A DNA stretch of 63,414 bases, counting the filler. It is 8 parts of 8 records of this genome, joined end to end, with 100 filler letters (N's around TTAATTAATTAA, not from the genome) between each part and the next. Parts side by side here need not be neighbours in the genome. Positions count along the whole stretch, not along the records: positions 20,522 to 28,995 come from SRR31156797_14441; positions 29,096 to 35,149 come from SRR31156797_14447; positions 35,250 to 42,471 come from SRR31156797_14451; 5 more parts are not named here. The stretch is one strand, 5' to 3'. Position 1 is the first letter of the stretch. Each line of letters begins with the position of its first letter. This document shows, piece by piece, positions 27,129 through 36,917 of the stretch. The notes beneath the pieces were generated by a model. It saw only the letters and a list, made by a program, of their open reading frames with translations. It searched no databases and was not told the origin of the DNA. The translations under genes and the position numbers were made by a program.

Positions 27129-28925
27129 ATGAACAATCAAGATAATCCAAGTGTATTCACTCCTGAAAATACAGGAGCAAATCTTCAAAGTACAAATAAA
27201 TATTCCAGTGATATTGAAAAGTACAATTCAATGGAAGCCTTAGAAGACCCCTCTTTAGAGAAAAATTTCAAAAGAGTAATTGAAGCTACAGGAGAAAGTG
27301 TAAATTCAGTTATTGCTTATATGACGGATAAAGGTCTTATTAATGAAGCAGATATTCCTAAAATTACAGGAATTATAAAAGAAGTAAAGGTTGGTGCTGT
27401 TACTTTTATTCTTGAATGGGATAAGTCAAAAAGTATAGATGATAATATTGCTCATATTTCTGGACAGATTATGCAAGATGTAAGTGAAGGAGTAATCGGT
27501 ACAGGGCTTATTGTTTTAACAACGGGTGCAGCTGTAAGTTCTTTACCTGTTGTTATTGGCGGATTTGTTCTTGGTGAAATATTGGGAGAAGTATCAGATG
27601 CCTATGGAATAGATTTAGGTGTTTTGACTGAAAAAACTTATAATTACACAAAAGACTTCCAAGCTGTAAATGAAGTAGAACAAAAAAGATTTGAAAACTT
27701 AAAAAACATAAATCCCAAAGAATATCAAATAAAAGTAGCGCAAGGTCTTTTCCCTGAAAACACTGTAATCTGGAATAAACACATTAATGAAATCACAAAA
27801 GATTTACACAAAAGAAAAGAAGACAACCTAGAAGAATCAATTAGCTATACAAAAAAAGCTTTTATATCTGAAGAATTAAGCATAGAAGAAATAGCTATGC
27901 AAAACAATCTAACAATTGAGCAACTATTAGATTACAATAATCTAAACATAAAAAAAGAAGATTATAAAAATATAAAAGAAGATACAAAAATTGCCATTCC
28001 CCATAGAGTAGAACAAAATCAAAATATTACCCTCTTTACAGATGAAAAAGGAAATCAAAAAATCATCTCAAAAGATGAAACAACAGATGAAAAAACAATT
28101 TTTTACTACAATGCAAAAGATTACTCACTAATCCAGATATCTAAAAATATACATCTAGAACACAAAGTAAATAAAGAAGGCGAAGTCTCAACACAAAAAC
28201 TTGAAACAGCAAGTATTGAAGTTCTTGACAAAAAAACTGAAAACAATATTGAAACAAGGACTATCTCAAATAGTACACAAGCACTAAAAATTGACGAAAA
28301 CTCTAAAATTACTGCCTTTTCTCAACTTGTAAGTCTTTTAAGAATACATACAAACAATAACCTAAGTCTAGATCACCTAGCCTTTGCAAATGGCTTTTGC
28401 TCAAAAGAAGAGCTTATAAAAGCTTTTAAAAACAATGAAACAATCTATACTCCAACAGCACATATAATATTAACAGATAAAAAGGAAGAAAAAGTTTCAA
28501 CTTATATTATAAATAATAAAGAGTTTACACCAGTAAAAGCTATTCAAGAATTAAAAGAGTTATCTATTCAACTAACAAAACAGCTAGAACAAAACCAAGA
28601 AGAAAAGATCCAAACCCTAGAAAAAAACTTTGAAGAAATAAACTCAAAAACAACTCTTGAAGAGAAACTTGAAGCTTTAAAAGAGATACAAATCTCAAAA
28701 CCCTTAGAAAACTTCTATTCAAAACAATTAATAGACCAATATCAAGAAAAAGTCTTAGAAAAACAAGGGACGGAACTAACTAGTTTAGAACTTTTAAACC
28801 TTAAAATAGAGAAAAGAACAATACCTCAAACAAATGAACAAAAACAAGAAGAAAAAGATTACATATCTTTTGAGTCTTCAACTACAGTTCAAAATAATAA
28901 CTCTCAAATCCAAACAATGAGTTAA
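27129..28925 (+). CDS. LysM-containing protein with hydrophobic hairpin and Q/N-rich tail (candidate secreted effector)
   Basis: LysM-like SIEEIAMQNNLTIEQLLDYNNL...TKIAIP (about 27870-28001); Gly-rich hydrophobic segment about 27489-27610; no signal peptide. Confidence 0.7.
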   Translation: MNNQDNPSVFTPENTGANLQSTNKYSSDIEKYNSMEALEDPSLEKNFKRVIEATGESVNSVIAYMTDKGLINEADIPKITGIIKEVKVGAVTFILEWDKSKSIDDNIAHISGQIMQDVSEGVIGTGLIVLTTGAAVSSLPVVIGGFVLGEILGEVSDAYGIDLGVLTEKTYNYTKDFQAVNEVEQKRFENLKNINPKEYQIKVAQGLFPENTVIWNKHINEITKDLHKRKEDNLEESISYTKKAFISEELSIEEIAMQNNLTIEQLLDYNNLNIKKEDYKNIKEDTKIAIPHRVEQNQNITLFTDEKGNQKIISKDETTDEKTIFYYNAKDYSLIQISKNIHLEHKVNKEGEVSTQKLETASIEVLDKKTENNIETRTISNSTQALKIDENSKITAFSQLVSLLRIHTNNNLSLDHLAFANGFCSKEELIKAFKNNETIYTPTAHIILTDKKEEKVSTYIINNKEFTPVKAIQELKELSIQLTKQLEQNQEEKIQTLEKNFEEINSKTTLEEKLEALKEIQISKPLENFYSKQLIDQYQEKVLEKQGTELTSLELLNLKIEKRTIPQTNEQKQEEKDYISFESSTTVQNNNSQIQTMS

Positions 28926-28995
28926 AACCCACTCAAAACAATAAATGTAAAATTAGTATAATTTCTTAAACTTATAACTCTTTTTATTATAAATT

Positions 28996-29095
28996 NNNNN
29001 NNNNNNNNNNNNNNNNNNNNNNNNNNNNNNNNNNNNNNNTTAATTAATTAANNNNNNNNNNNNNNNNNNNNNNNNNNNNNNNNNNNNNNNNNNNN
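28996..29095. other. Artificial contig spacer
   Basis: N44-TTAATTAATTAA-N44. Confidence 0.99.
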
Positions 29096-29277
29096 TTCGT
29101 GCGCCTTGATCTCGACCAAATTTGCATATTTCTGGACGAACACTAACTTGTTACGTTATCGGTGCTTGATCGCAAGATTTTTTTATGATTTCATAGGTTG
29201 TGTTCATTTCGGCATAGCTTTTGGGGGCAGTTTTAATCGTATCATTTCTTAGCCATTTCAATCTCACTGGCTTTACG

Positions 29278-29715
29278 ATGAAAAAAAGAGGAACGGTGAT
29301 GACGTTTAAATTTTTACCAGTAGCGGTCCTTTGTAGCATCGTCTTTTGTCTCTTCTTTCATGGATGTATGACGCTATCCAATCAGTACCAAAAAGACGAG
29401 TATGAACGGACCATGTTCGATTATGATACGGCCATGCAGTTGTCCGATTTCAATCGGGCATGTAAATTTATGGACCCAGCGGTTTTGAAGCGGGATGCAT
29501 GCCTGGCCAGTTATGAAAACCTGAAGATCATTGAATATGAAGTGCAGGACATCACTGTTTCGGAAGACGAACAGGAGGTAACCCAGGATGTTGATGTGGA
29601 CTATCATTTCCTTGACCGTGTCGTTGTAAAAAAAATACAATTCGAGCAAAAATGGCAGTATCAGGAAGAGGCAAAAGTTTGGTTGTTGCAGTCCGAGCCA
29701 CCGAAGTTTGAATAA
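29278..29715 (+). CDS. Hypothetical lipoprotein
   Basis: Basic N-terminus, hydrophobic core, FHGC lipobox-like site. Confidence 0.7.
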   Translation: MKKRGTVMTFKFLPVAVLCSIVFCLFFHGCMTLSNQYQKDEYERTMFDYDTAMQLSDFNRACKFMDPAVLKRDACLASYENLKIIEYEVQDITVSEDEQEVTQDVDVDYHFLDRVVVKKIQFEQKWQYQEEAKVWLLQSEPPKFE

Positions 29716-29841
29716 CCGTTTTCTTCAACCATGAGGTCGGCGTTAAAGGATGAAGCCTTTTTTGAAAATGACGCCGGTGATGGTTCTTCAAGGGGTTGGT
29801 TCGTGCTGATCTAAAAACAGGGCATTTTCTTTCCTTTGATT

Positions 29842-30042
29842 TCAATCTGTTGGCCAGATCTTCTTTAACGGTTTGAATAGATCACGCACAACCGAACCGT
29901 TCGCTGCCAAAAAAATTGTCAGCTCTTCCAGATCGTATTCATCGATCTCAATTCCACCGGTATCGATCAGATCTGCCAACTCAGCAGCGGCATCCAGTAC
30001 GCGATCCCATCGATCGGCCTCTATCTTAGACGTTTCGACCAT
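29842..30042 (-). CDS. Short YebG-like paralog
   Basis: KIEADRWDRVLDAAAELA...LTIFLAANG aligns with the adjacent YebG protein. Confidence 0.7.
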   Translation of the reverse strand: MVETSKIEADRWDRVLDAAAELADLIDTGGIEIDEYDLEELTIFLAANGSVVRDLFKPLKKIWPTD

Positions 30043-30051
30043 AAACTGGGA

Positions 30052-30402
30052 CTATTTGCCTTTGGGTTTGGACTTGGCGACAGGTGTTCGTTTTTTTGCT
30101 GGAGCGGGGGTTTTACCCTCTTCCTTCTTTTTTTCAGGATCGCCGCCAGAAGGAGGCACAACCGGTTTCAATCCTTTCAAAATCCGTGTGACTTCCGGGC
30201 CGTTTTTGGCCAGAAAGACGGACAGGGTTTCGATGGTCTCTTCGTCTACATTGATATCCAGGTCGGCCTCTTTGATGAAAGCCGCCAGGTTCTCGGCAGC
30301 GTCAAGCATTTTGTCATAGGTTTCGGCCTCTTTTTTGACAAGGAACTCCTTTTCCAGTTCCACACCGTTTCGAACCACTACGTATTTGGTAATGACTGCC
30401 AT
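30052..30402 (-). CDS. yebG: YebG family protein
   Basis: MAVITKYVVVRNG...KKEAETYDKMLDAAE family signature; AAGGAG RBS. Confidence 0.85.
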   Translation of the reverse strand: MAVITKYVVVRNGVELEKEFLVKKEAETYDKMLDAAENLAAFIKEADLDINVDEETIETLSVFLAKNGPEVTRILKGLKPVVPPSGGDPEKKKEEGKTPAPAKKRTPVAKSKPKGK

Positions 30403-30453
30403 TGGTTACACTCCTTCGCGTTGGTAAACGATAACCTATCTTAAAAAAGCGTT

Positions 30454-31182
30454 TTATCGACGTTTTAGGTACAGGCGCTGTAAATCATAAATGATTCGCG
30501 TCAGAAGGGTTTGCTCTTCCTTGTCCATCTTTTTGAATGCAAAAGCATAATGATAAAACCCGCTCTCCTTATGACGTTCAACTCTTCTTATCGAAGCCTG
30601 TTTCACAGATACGGTCGTTTCCGGTTTGTCATCGATCCCGGGAAACACGATGCTGAAATCGAAGATCTCCTGATCTTTTTTAAGAAGCGGTCCTCTTATG
30701 AACTTGAAATTATGCTTGGACAAAATTCCGTATGCGCCCCCAATGCTGACATTGATCAAATCGATGGAGCCCTGAATCTTTTTCAGCTTGAACTGCATCC
30801 GCGTTCCACTCAGGGTGTCCACCCTGAAATCCAGTCTCCGCTGAAGACGTTCAACCGTTTTCGGAAATGGAATTTTCAGTCCGTCTTTGCAATAGCTTCC
30901 CCCCCGCGTACTGAAAATGTATTCCAACCGGTCTGGTCCATTAAGATTGAACCGCAGGTGCCACAAGTCTTGCTCTGCCACGGCTTCTGCAAAACCGTTG
31001 GGCGTGTCGACGATCAAATGATCTCCTTTTGACTCTTTCGTGAGTTCCGTGATGCAGGTGAGTCGATCGTAGCCGGTTCCCACGACATTTAGGGAGATCA
31101 TGGCCCTTCTGGTTATCGCTTCGTTGAACAATTCAGTTAATTTTTCGCCCCGTATATTTGCTCCATCCCCCATATTCAACAA
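30454..31182 (-). CDS. PilZ domain (YcgR-like) c-di-GMP binding protein
   Basis: QRRLDFR (RxxxR) and NVSIGG (D/NxSxxG) motifs. Confidence 0.85.
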   Translation of the reverse strand: MLNMGDGANIRGEKLTELFNEAITRRAMISLNVVGTGYDRLTCITELTKESKGDHLIVDTPNGFAEAVAEQDLWHLRFNLNGPDRLEYIFSTRGGSYCKDGLKIPFPKTVERLQRRLDFRVDTLSGTRMQFKLKKIQGSIDLINVSIGGAYGILSKHNFKFIRGPLLKKDQEIFDFSIVFPGIDDKPETTVSVKQASIRRVERHKESGFYHYAFAFKKMDKEEQTLLTRIIYDLQRLYLKRR

Positions 31183-31209
31183 CCCTTGATCTTCAATATC
31201 ATTGTTGCC

Positions 31210-31443
31210 TTACTCATCAAGTTGCCGGTATTTATCATTCTGCTGTTTCTGTATCTCACCGAGGTCGTCTTTCATCTGTCGATAGTGCTCCAGGTTTTTT
31301 TGCCCCGATAGTTCTTCAACAGGTTGATCCACCGCCTCCCGGGTTTCGGTTCCATCGCATCCGCAAAAAGCGAAACAGACGCTGATAATAAGTGCCTTGG
31401 GTAAAATTTTCAATGTGTTAGACAAAAAACGGTGGTCCATCAT
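31210..31443 (-). CDS. Small hypothetical lipoprotein
   Basis: FCGC lipobox-like site; lies in operon order between yceH and the PilZ gene. Confidence 0.6.
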   Translation of the reverse strand: MMDHRFLSNTLKILPKALIISVCFAFCGCDGTETREAVDQPVEELSGQKNLEHYRQMKDDLGEIQKQQNDKYRQLDE

Positions 31444-31449
31444 CCACCT

Positions 31450-32091
31450 CTATTCAAATTGTTTACGGAATGATTCGAAAGCGTTTTGAAGTTCTTTCAA
31501 CTCACGTCTTATCGCTTGGACTTCATTTTCAAGCAGATCCAGCCGATCTGTTTTGTCGACGACAGTCAAAGGCATCGTCTCGTCAGGCGTTTCTCCGACC
31601 TCTTCCTCTTTCCTGCAGAAAAGATGCGTATACCGGGACTCTTTGTGTCCAGGCAGCCGCGGTAATTGTTGTATATGCTCCCATTCGCTCAATTGTGACA
31701 ACGTTTCCTGAAGCTTGTCCAGGCTTTCGAAGCGGTGAAGACGATCGGTCCGCCCGCGGATCGCACCCGGTGTCTGCGGCCCTCGAAGAAAGAGCACACA
31801 AAGAACGGCCCCTTCGGCGCCGACCAGATTATACTTTCGGGTAAACAACTCCTCATATTTAGGGACTCGGCCCACCTTGCTCTCATTGACAAAGCCCATC
31901 TCTTCCAAGCGCTTCAAGGCTCCCAGAACCTTTTCATCATCCCAGTTCACCACGGGATCCCGGTTGGACTTTTGGTTGCAGGCATTTGTCAGGGCGTTCA
32001 GGGACAAAGGATAGTAATCCGGCGTGGCCATGGATTTTTCCATGAGGCTCCCCAGTACCCGTATTTCCTGTTCGTTCAGTGAAACGTCCAT
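31450..32091 (-). CDS. yceH: YceH (DUF480) family protein
   Basis: RVLGSLMEK..TPDYYPLSLNAL.NACNQKSNRDPV, LRGPQT.G, ESRY.HL. Confidence 0.9.
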   Translation of the reverse strand: MDVSLNEQEIRVLGSLMEKSMATPDYYPLSLNALTNACNQKSNRDPVVNWDDEKVLGALKRLEEMGFVNESKVGRVPKYEELFTRKYNLVGAEGAVLCVLFLRGPQTPGAIRGRTDRLHRFESLDKLQETLSQLSEWEHIQQLPRLPGHKESRYTHLFCRKEEEVGETPDETMPLTVVDKTDRLDLLENEVQAIRRELKELQNAFESFRKQFE

Positions 32092-32116
32092 CGATTTTCT
32101 CCAATTTTTCAACGTT

Positions 32117-32971
32117 TCAATCTTTTTTTAATGAGGCTTTTAGCGTTGACAGTACCTCCTCGGACATTCCAAAACCATGTTCCACGGTGGGAAAGTTCGA
32201 TTCCCGGACATCTTCCCCATAGGCTTTGATTGCCTCAATGATGGTTGGGCGGATTTTAGTGTACTGCTTCACAAACTTGGGGACAAACCGATCGAAGAGG
32301 CCAACCATGTCGTGGGTGACCAGCACCTGCCCGTCCACATCTGCACCGGCACCGATACCGATGATCGGAACGTTTACCGATTCGGAGAGCAGTGCTCCCA
32401 GGGGGGCAGGAACCGCTTCCGCAACGATGGAGAAGGCTCCTGCCGCTTCCAGTGCTTTGACATCATCAATGATCTTTTGGGCGGCTGCAGCATTTTTCCC
32501 CTGCATTTTAAATCCACCGAGGGCGCTTGCCGTCTGGGGGGTGAGGCCCACATGGCCTTGCACAGGGATTCCCGCTTTACCAATGGCCTCAACAACAGGC
32601 GCGAAATCAACACCACCTTCCAGCTTGACGCCATCGCAGCCGCCCTCTTTCATCAACCTTCCGGCATTGATGACGGCATCCCGTATACCGGTGTTGTAGC
32701 TCATGAAAGGCATGTCACCGATCACGAAGGGTCGTTTGCAACCTCGCACAACGGCTTTGATATGGTGAATCATCATCTCCATGGTGACCGGAACCGTGCT
32801 GTCCAGCCCGAGGACCACCATCCCCAGGGAATCTCCAACCAAAACAAGGTCCACCCCGGCTTCGTCCGCCATCAGGCCGAAAGGATAGTCGTAAGCCGTA
32901 ACCATTACCAAATTTACACCTTCTTTTTTGGCCGCCAAAATTTCTTTTATCGTTATCTTGCCATCAGCCAT
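32117..32971 (-). CDS. panB: 3-methyl-2-oxobutanoate hydroxymethyltransferase
   Basis: TAYD, LVGDSLG, DMPFMSY, VKLEGG, GHVGLTPQ, GIGAG..DGQVLV.HD. Confidence 0.97.
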   Translation of the reverse strand: MADGKITIKEILAAKKEGVNLVMVTAYDYPFGLMADEAGVDLVLVGDSLGMVVLGLDSTVPVTMEMMIHHIKAVVRGCKRPFVIGDMPFMSYNTGIRDAVINAGRLMKEGGCDGVKLEGGVDFAPVVEAIGKAGIPVQGHVGLTPQTASALGGFKMQGKNAAAAQKIIDDVKALEAAGAFSIVAEAVPAPLGALLSESVNVPIIGIGAGADVDGQVLVTHDMVGLFDRFVPKFVKQYTKIRPTIIEAIKAYGEDVRESNFPTVEHGFGMSEEVLSTLKASLKKD

Positions 32972-32995
32972 GGATACGTTCCTTTTCATTGGTGT

Positions 32996-33907
32996 TCAAT
33001 AATGAGACTGCAGGGTCTCCACCAGCGCTGTCAATGTTTGGTTGACCGGCACCGGTATGCCTTCCTGTGCTGCTATTTTTACGATATAGCCATTGATTGC
33101 GGAAATTTCCGTCAGCCGCCGATGATCCACGTCCTGGCCCATGGACGATCGGTTTGCACCTGTGGCGGTGGCTACCTTGAAGACCGTATCCACCGGATCG
33201 CCGGAAATGTCTATTTCCAGGGCCTCGGCAACGGTGATTGCTTCCTTTACGGCATCCCGGCAGAGTCGTCGGGTCTGTTTATAATCCACCAACTGGCCGT
33301 TTTTAATTCCGGTCAGAGCTGTGATGGCATTGATGCCCACGTTGATGAACAGCTTCGACCACAGAACGGTTCTCACATCGGCTTTTACATGGGTCCGGAT
33401 GCCGGAGCGATTGAACAGGTCCGCAACCCGTTTGGCACCGTCCATTCCCTTTTCCGTCCAGGGTCCAATGACCGTGTCGCCTTTACCGGCATGACGGATG
33501 GCACCCGGCCCTAAAAAAGTGGCACCGTGGGAGGTTGTACCGGCAATCACCCGAGATGGATCCAGTTTGGCGCTAATTGTATCGGCATTACCCATACCGT
33601 TTTGCAGCGTCAAAACCAATCCCTTTGTACCGGCTATGCGCACAGCCGTATCGGCAGCCTCTGCGGTGTGGGTCGATTTGACGAAAAGGAGGCAGCCATC
33701 CACCGGGCCGATTCGGTTGACATCGGTGGTTGCCGATATCCGTATCCGGCGTGAGGTCTCCTTCCATTCCACAGCCAGACCGTTGGTATTCACCGCATCC
33801 ACATGATCCTGTCGAATGTCGAACAGGGTCACCGCTTGGCCGGCTTCCACTAAGAGCGCACCAAAAAGGCTTCCCATGGCACCGGCGCCAATTACGCAAA
33901 ACTTCAT
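32996..33907 (-). CDS. panE: 2-dehydropantoate 2-reductase
   Basis: GAGAMG, LQNGMG, WSKL.IN..IN, SSM.QD...TEI..ING. Confidence 0.92.
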   Translation of the reverse strand: MKFCVIGAGAMGSLFGALLVEAGQAVTLFDIRQDHVDAVNTNGLAVEWKETSRRIRISATTDVNRIGPVDGCLLFVKSTHTAEAADTAVRIAGTKGLVLTLQNGMGNADTISAKLDPSRVIAGTTSHGATFLGPGAIRHAGKGDTVIGPWTEKGMDGAKRVADLFNRSGIRTHVKADVRTVLWSKLFINVGINAITALTGIKNGQLVDYKQTRRLCRDAVKEAITVAEALEIDISGDPVDTVFKVATATGANRSSMGQDVDHRRLTEISAINGYIVKIAAQEGIPVPVNQTLTALVETLQSHY

Positions 33908-34908
33908 TTTATGCTCCCTTTTCCTTCATTGTACCAACAGGCTACACTGTGGTGTTTCCCCACTTGTTTGAGGGGTGGACGTTTTGTCCGGCACGGGTCG
34001 AATGCATAAGCGCAACGGGGATGATAGGAGCATCCCGATGGGAGATCGGCAGGATCCGGTGGTTCTCCCTCCACGGTTATCGGCGGCATTTCTATTTCCG
34101 GATCGGGTTGCGGCACGGCGGACACCAGTGCCTGCGTATAGGGGTGCCGACAGCATTGATGGAAATTTTCTGCAAGGGCCTCTTCCACGATGCAACCGGC
34201 GTACATCACTGCCACCCGGTCACAAAAATATTCCACCACACCCATATCGTGGGAGATGAAAAGATAGGTAAGCCCGAATTGTTCCTGGAGGTTCTTCATC
34301 AGGTTGAGGATTTGGGCCTGAATGGAGACATCGAGCGCACTCACCGGTTCGTCGGCTACAATGAGATCCGGTTTGACGCAAAGGGCTCGGGCGATACCGA
34401 TCCGCTGGCGTTGGCCACCCGAGAATTCATGGGGATAGCGGTCCAGATCCTGTTCTTTCAATCCAACGGTGGTCAGCAGTTCCAATGCGATATCCCGCCT
34501 TTTTTTCCTGGTCAGGGCCTTTCCATTCAACAACGGTTCGGAGATGCTTTTTTCTACGGTAAACCGCGGATCCAGGCTGGAGTGAGGGTCCTGAAAGATG
34601 ATCTGCATCCTTTTTCTCAGCGGTTTCAGCTCTTTTTTCTTCAGCCGGCTGATCTCCGTACCGTCGAAGGTAAGGGTTCCATCGGTCGGTTGTTGCAGCC
34701 TGACCACTACACGGGCCAGTGAGGTCTTTCCGCAACCGGATTCCCCGACCAGTCCCAGGCATTCTCCACGGTTAAGTGTAAAACTGACACTGTCGACGGC
34801 CTTGACCCATCCCTTTGGTTTGGACAAAAGTCCTCCCCCGATGGGGTAGTACTTGGACAGGTCCGTTGCGATCAGTAGGGGATTTGGTATCACGTTGCTT
34901 TCATTCAT
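33904..34908 (-). CDS. Oligopeptide/dipeptide ABC transporter ATPase (OppF-like)
   Basis: GESGCGKT, FSGGQRQR, DEPVSALD, C-terminal Cys motif; start adjusted to MNESN. Confidence 0.92.
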   Translation of the reverse strand: MNESNVIPNPLLIATDLSKYYPIGGGLLSKPKGWVKAVDSVSFTLNRGECLGLVGESGCGKTSLARVVVRLQQPTDGTLTFDGTEISRLKKKELKPLRKRMQIIFQDPHSSLDPRFTVEKSISEPLLNGKALTRKKRRDIALELLTTVGLKEQDLDRYPHEFSGGQRQRIGIARALCVKPDLIVADEPVSALDVSIQAQILNLMKNLQEQFGLTYLFISHDMGVVEYFCDRVAVMYAGCIVEEALAENFHQCCRHPYTQALVSAVPQPDPEIEMPPITVEGEPPDPADLPSGCSYHPRCAYAFDPCRTKRPPLKQVGKHHSVACWYNEGKGSIK

Positions 34909-34913
34909 AGGGA

Positions 34914-35149
34914 TTACTTTTCGTAAAGCAAACAACTCACAAACCGTTTTGGCCGGACCTGTTTCAGCCGGGGCTCCCTGCTGAGGCACTGATCCATCGC
35001 TGATGGACAGCGCCCGGCAAAAGCGCACCCCTGGATGGAACGGGTGGTGGAAGGGACCACTCCCGGTATTTCATGCAATCGAGCCTGAACCCTCCCCAAT
35101 CGCGGCATGGATTGCATCAATCCTCGCGTATAGGGGTGCAGTGGCTCGG
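34914..35149 (-). CDS. OppD-like ABC ATPase, C-terminal fragment
   Basis: EPLHPYTRGL...GCAFAGRC...SC oligo-HPY domain; open at contig end. Confidence 0.85.
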
Positions 35150-35249
35150 NNNNNNNNNNNNNNNNNNNNNNNNNNNNNNNNNNNNNNNNNNNNTTAATTA
35201 ATTAANNNNNNNNNNNNNNNNNNNNNNNNNNNNNNNNNNNNNNNNNNNN
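35150..35249. other. Artificial contig spacer
   Basis: N44-TTAATTAATTAA-N44. Confidence 0.99.
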
Positions 35250-35858
35250 AGTTTCAAAATAACGGATGCAAAAAAGACGCCGGAACAAATCGCGAAAGAC
35301 CGGGCGCCGATAATGATGAGCGGCATCCCTTCAAAGTTCGGTTACACAAAAACAAAGGCCCCTGTTCAGGAAACACCGGCGGCAGCGATTAAAATCAATA
35401 AAACGGATAAGTCAAGACCTGAAGGGACGATTAGCGGGATTGCAAAGAAATATCAACTGGGCAACGTGGTGACGCTGACGATCACGGCCCGGGATGACGC
35501 AGCTTTGAAATCGGTTCGGTTTTACGTGGAAAACACCGGTATAAGCAAGTCCTGGAATGTTAAAGGGACTTCAAAAACGCTGAAATATTCATTTTCAACC
35601 CGGGATCTCAAGCCGGATGAATATGTCTATTCACTTTTTTTGGAGGATGCAAGCGGCAATTCCAATTCCATGACCGGATTGGGAAAGTTCAGCCTGTTTG
35701 CCATTGAAAAGGACGATATCAAGACCAGGCTGCAAAAAAAGCTTTTAATGAAGCAGACGGAAAAAAAGCGGCAAAAGGAGGTAGAAAAAACTGAAGATCG
35801 AAAAACAGAAGTTCCAAAGGATAAGAAAGACAAGATCAAATCTATTCTGAAAGACTAA
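35250..35858 (+). CDS. Hypothetical protein with Ig-like domain (5' truncated)
   Basis: Open from contig start; beta-sandwich pattern ending in DASGN; Lys/Glu-rich tail. Confidence 0.6.
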   Translation, partial: SFKITDAKKTPEQIAKDRAPIMMSGIPSKFGYTKTKAPVQETPAAAIKINKTDKSRPEGTISGIAKKYQLGNVVTLTITARDDAALKSVRFYVENTGISKSWNVKGTSKTLKYSFSTRDLKPDEYVYSLFLEDASGNSNSMTGLGKFSLFAIEKDDIKTRLQKKLLMKQTEKKRQKEVEKTEDRKTEVPKDKKDKIKSILKD

Positions 35859-36019
35859 TAAGCAGTGATAGATGATTGTCAGGCTCTTAATGTCCGAGAA
35901 AGGAAAATGATTTGTATTGAGTCGATTTTTGCTTGGCGTGAAATCTCAGAGAGAGACTCAATGTCGCATAAACCGCGATCCGGATCCTGAATCCGGCCTG
36001 AAAGAAGAAAAAAGACCGG

Positions 36020-36913
36020 GTGATTATGGAATTTGTCAACGAGTTTTTGCAAACGATCCTCAGTGGAATAGCCATAGGGTGTATTTATGGTCTGGTGGCC
36101 CTTGGATTCGTCCTGATATACAAGGCCACGGATGTCATCAATTTCGCCCAGGGAGAAATGATGGTCCTGGGCGCATTTATCGCCTATACACTGATAACCT
36201 ATCTCCATTTTTCCTACATTACCGCCCTGATATTAACCACGATTTCCCTTGGCCTCATCGGGATGGCCCTTGAACGAGTGGTTTTGCGTCCGCTTGTAGG
36301 CGAACCTATTTTCGCCATTATCATGCTGACCATAGGGCTCAGTTTCTTTTTTAGAAGTTTTGTCAGCATGGTTCCGGGTTGGGGTACGGATACTTACGGT
36401 TTCAAGACGCCTTTTACCGACAGGGTCCTGCGGTCGGGCGAGCTGGTTTTGGCCTGGGAGCAAATCTCCATAATAATTATGACGGCCGTCCTTATTTTGG
36501 CTCTTTGGTTTTTTTTCAGGTATTCAAGGGTCGGAGTAGCCATGCGGGCCACGTCCCAAAACCAACTGGCCGCGGTTTACATGGGCGTAAGCGTCACCCG
36601 GGTTTTTTCCCTGACCTGGACAATAGCGGCCGCTTTGGGGGGCATAGCCGGCATCCTGCTTTCTCCGATAACATTCGTTCACATGAACATGGGCTTCATC
36701 GGCCTTCGCGCTTTTCCGGCGGCCGTGCTGGGGGGCTTTTCCAGCGTGCCGGGGGCCATTGTCGGAGGGGTGATAATCGGCGTAACCGAAAGCCTGGCCG
36801 GGGTTTACCTGCCCCAGGGCTGGAAGGATGTGGCGGCCTGGATAATTCTTATTGGCGTATTAATAATCCGGCCGGAAGGGATTTTCGGCGTGCATCAGAA
36901 AAAGAAGGTGTAA
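36020..36913 (+). CDS. livH: Branched-chain amino acid-type ABC permease
   Basis: IYGLVALGF.LIY...INFAQGE, AMRATSQN, RPEGIFG. Confidence 0.9.
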   Translation: MIMEFVNEFLQTILSGIAIGCIYGLVALGFVLIYKATDVINFAQGEMMVLGAFIAYTLITYLHFSYITALILTTISLGLIGMALERVVLRPLVGEPIFAIIMLTIGLSFFFRSFVSMVPGWGTDTYGFKTPFTDRVLRSGELVLAWEQISIIIMTAVLILALWFFFRYSRVGVAMRATSQNQLAAVYMGVSVTRVFSLTWTIAAALGGIAGILLSPITFVHMNMGFIGLRAFPAAVLGGFSSVPGAIVGGVIIGVTESLAGVYLPQGWKDVAAWIILIGVLIIRPEGIFGVHQKKKV

Positions 36914-36917
36914 AGAC

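Noticed and set aside
29208-29224. Possible sigma-54 promoter TCGGCATAGCTTTTGG
   Set aside because: The -12 element reads GG rather than GC; too weak to call
30403-30453. Possible SOS box upstream of yebG (GGTAAACGATAACC)
   Set aside because: Spacing does not fit LexA boxes I know; single weak instance
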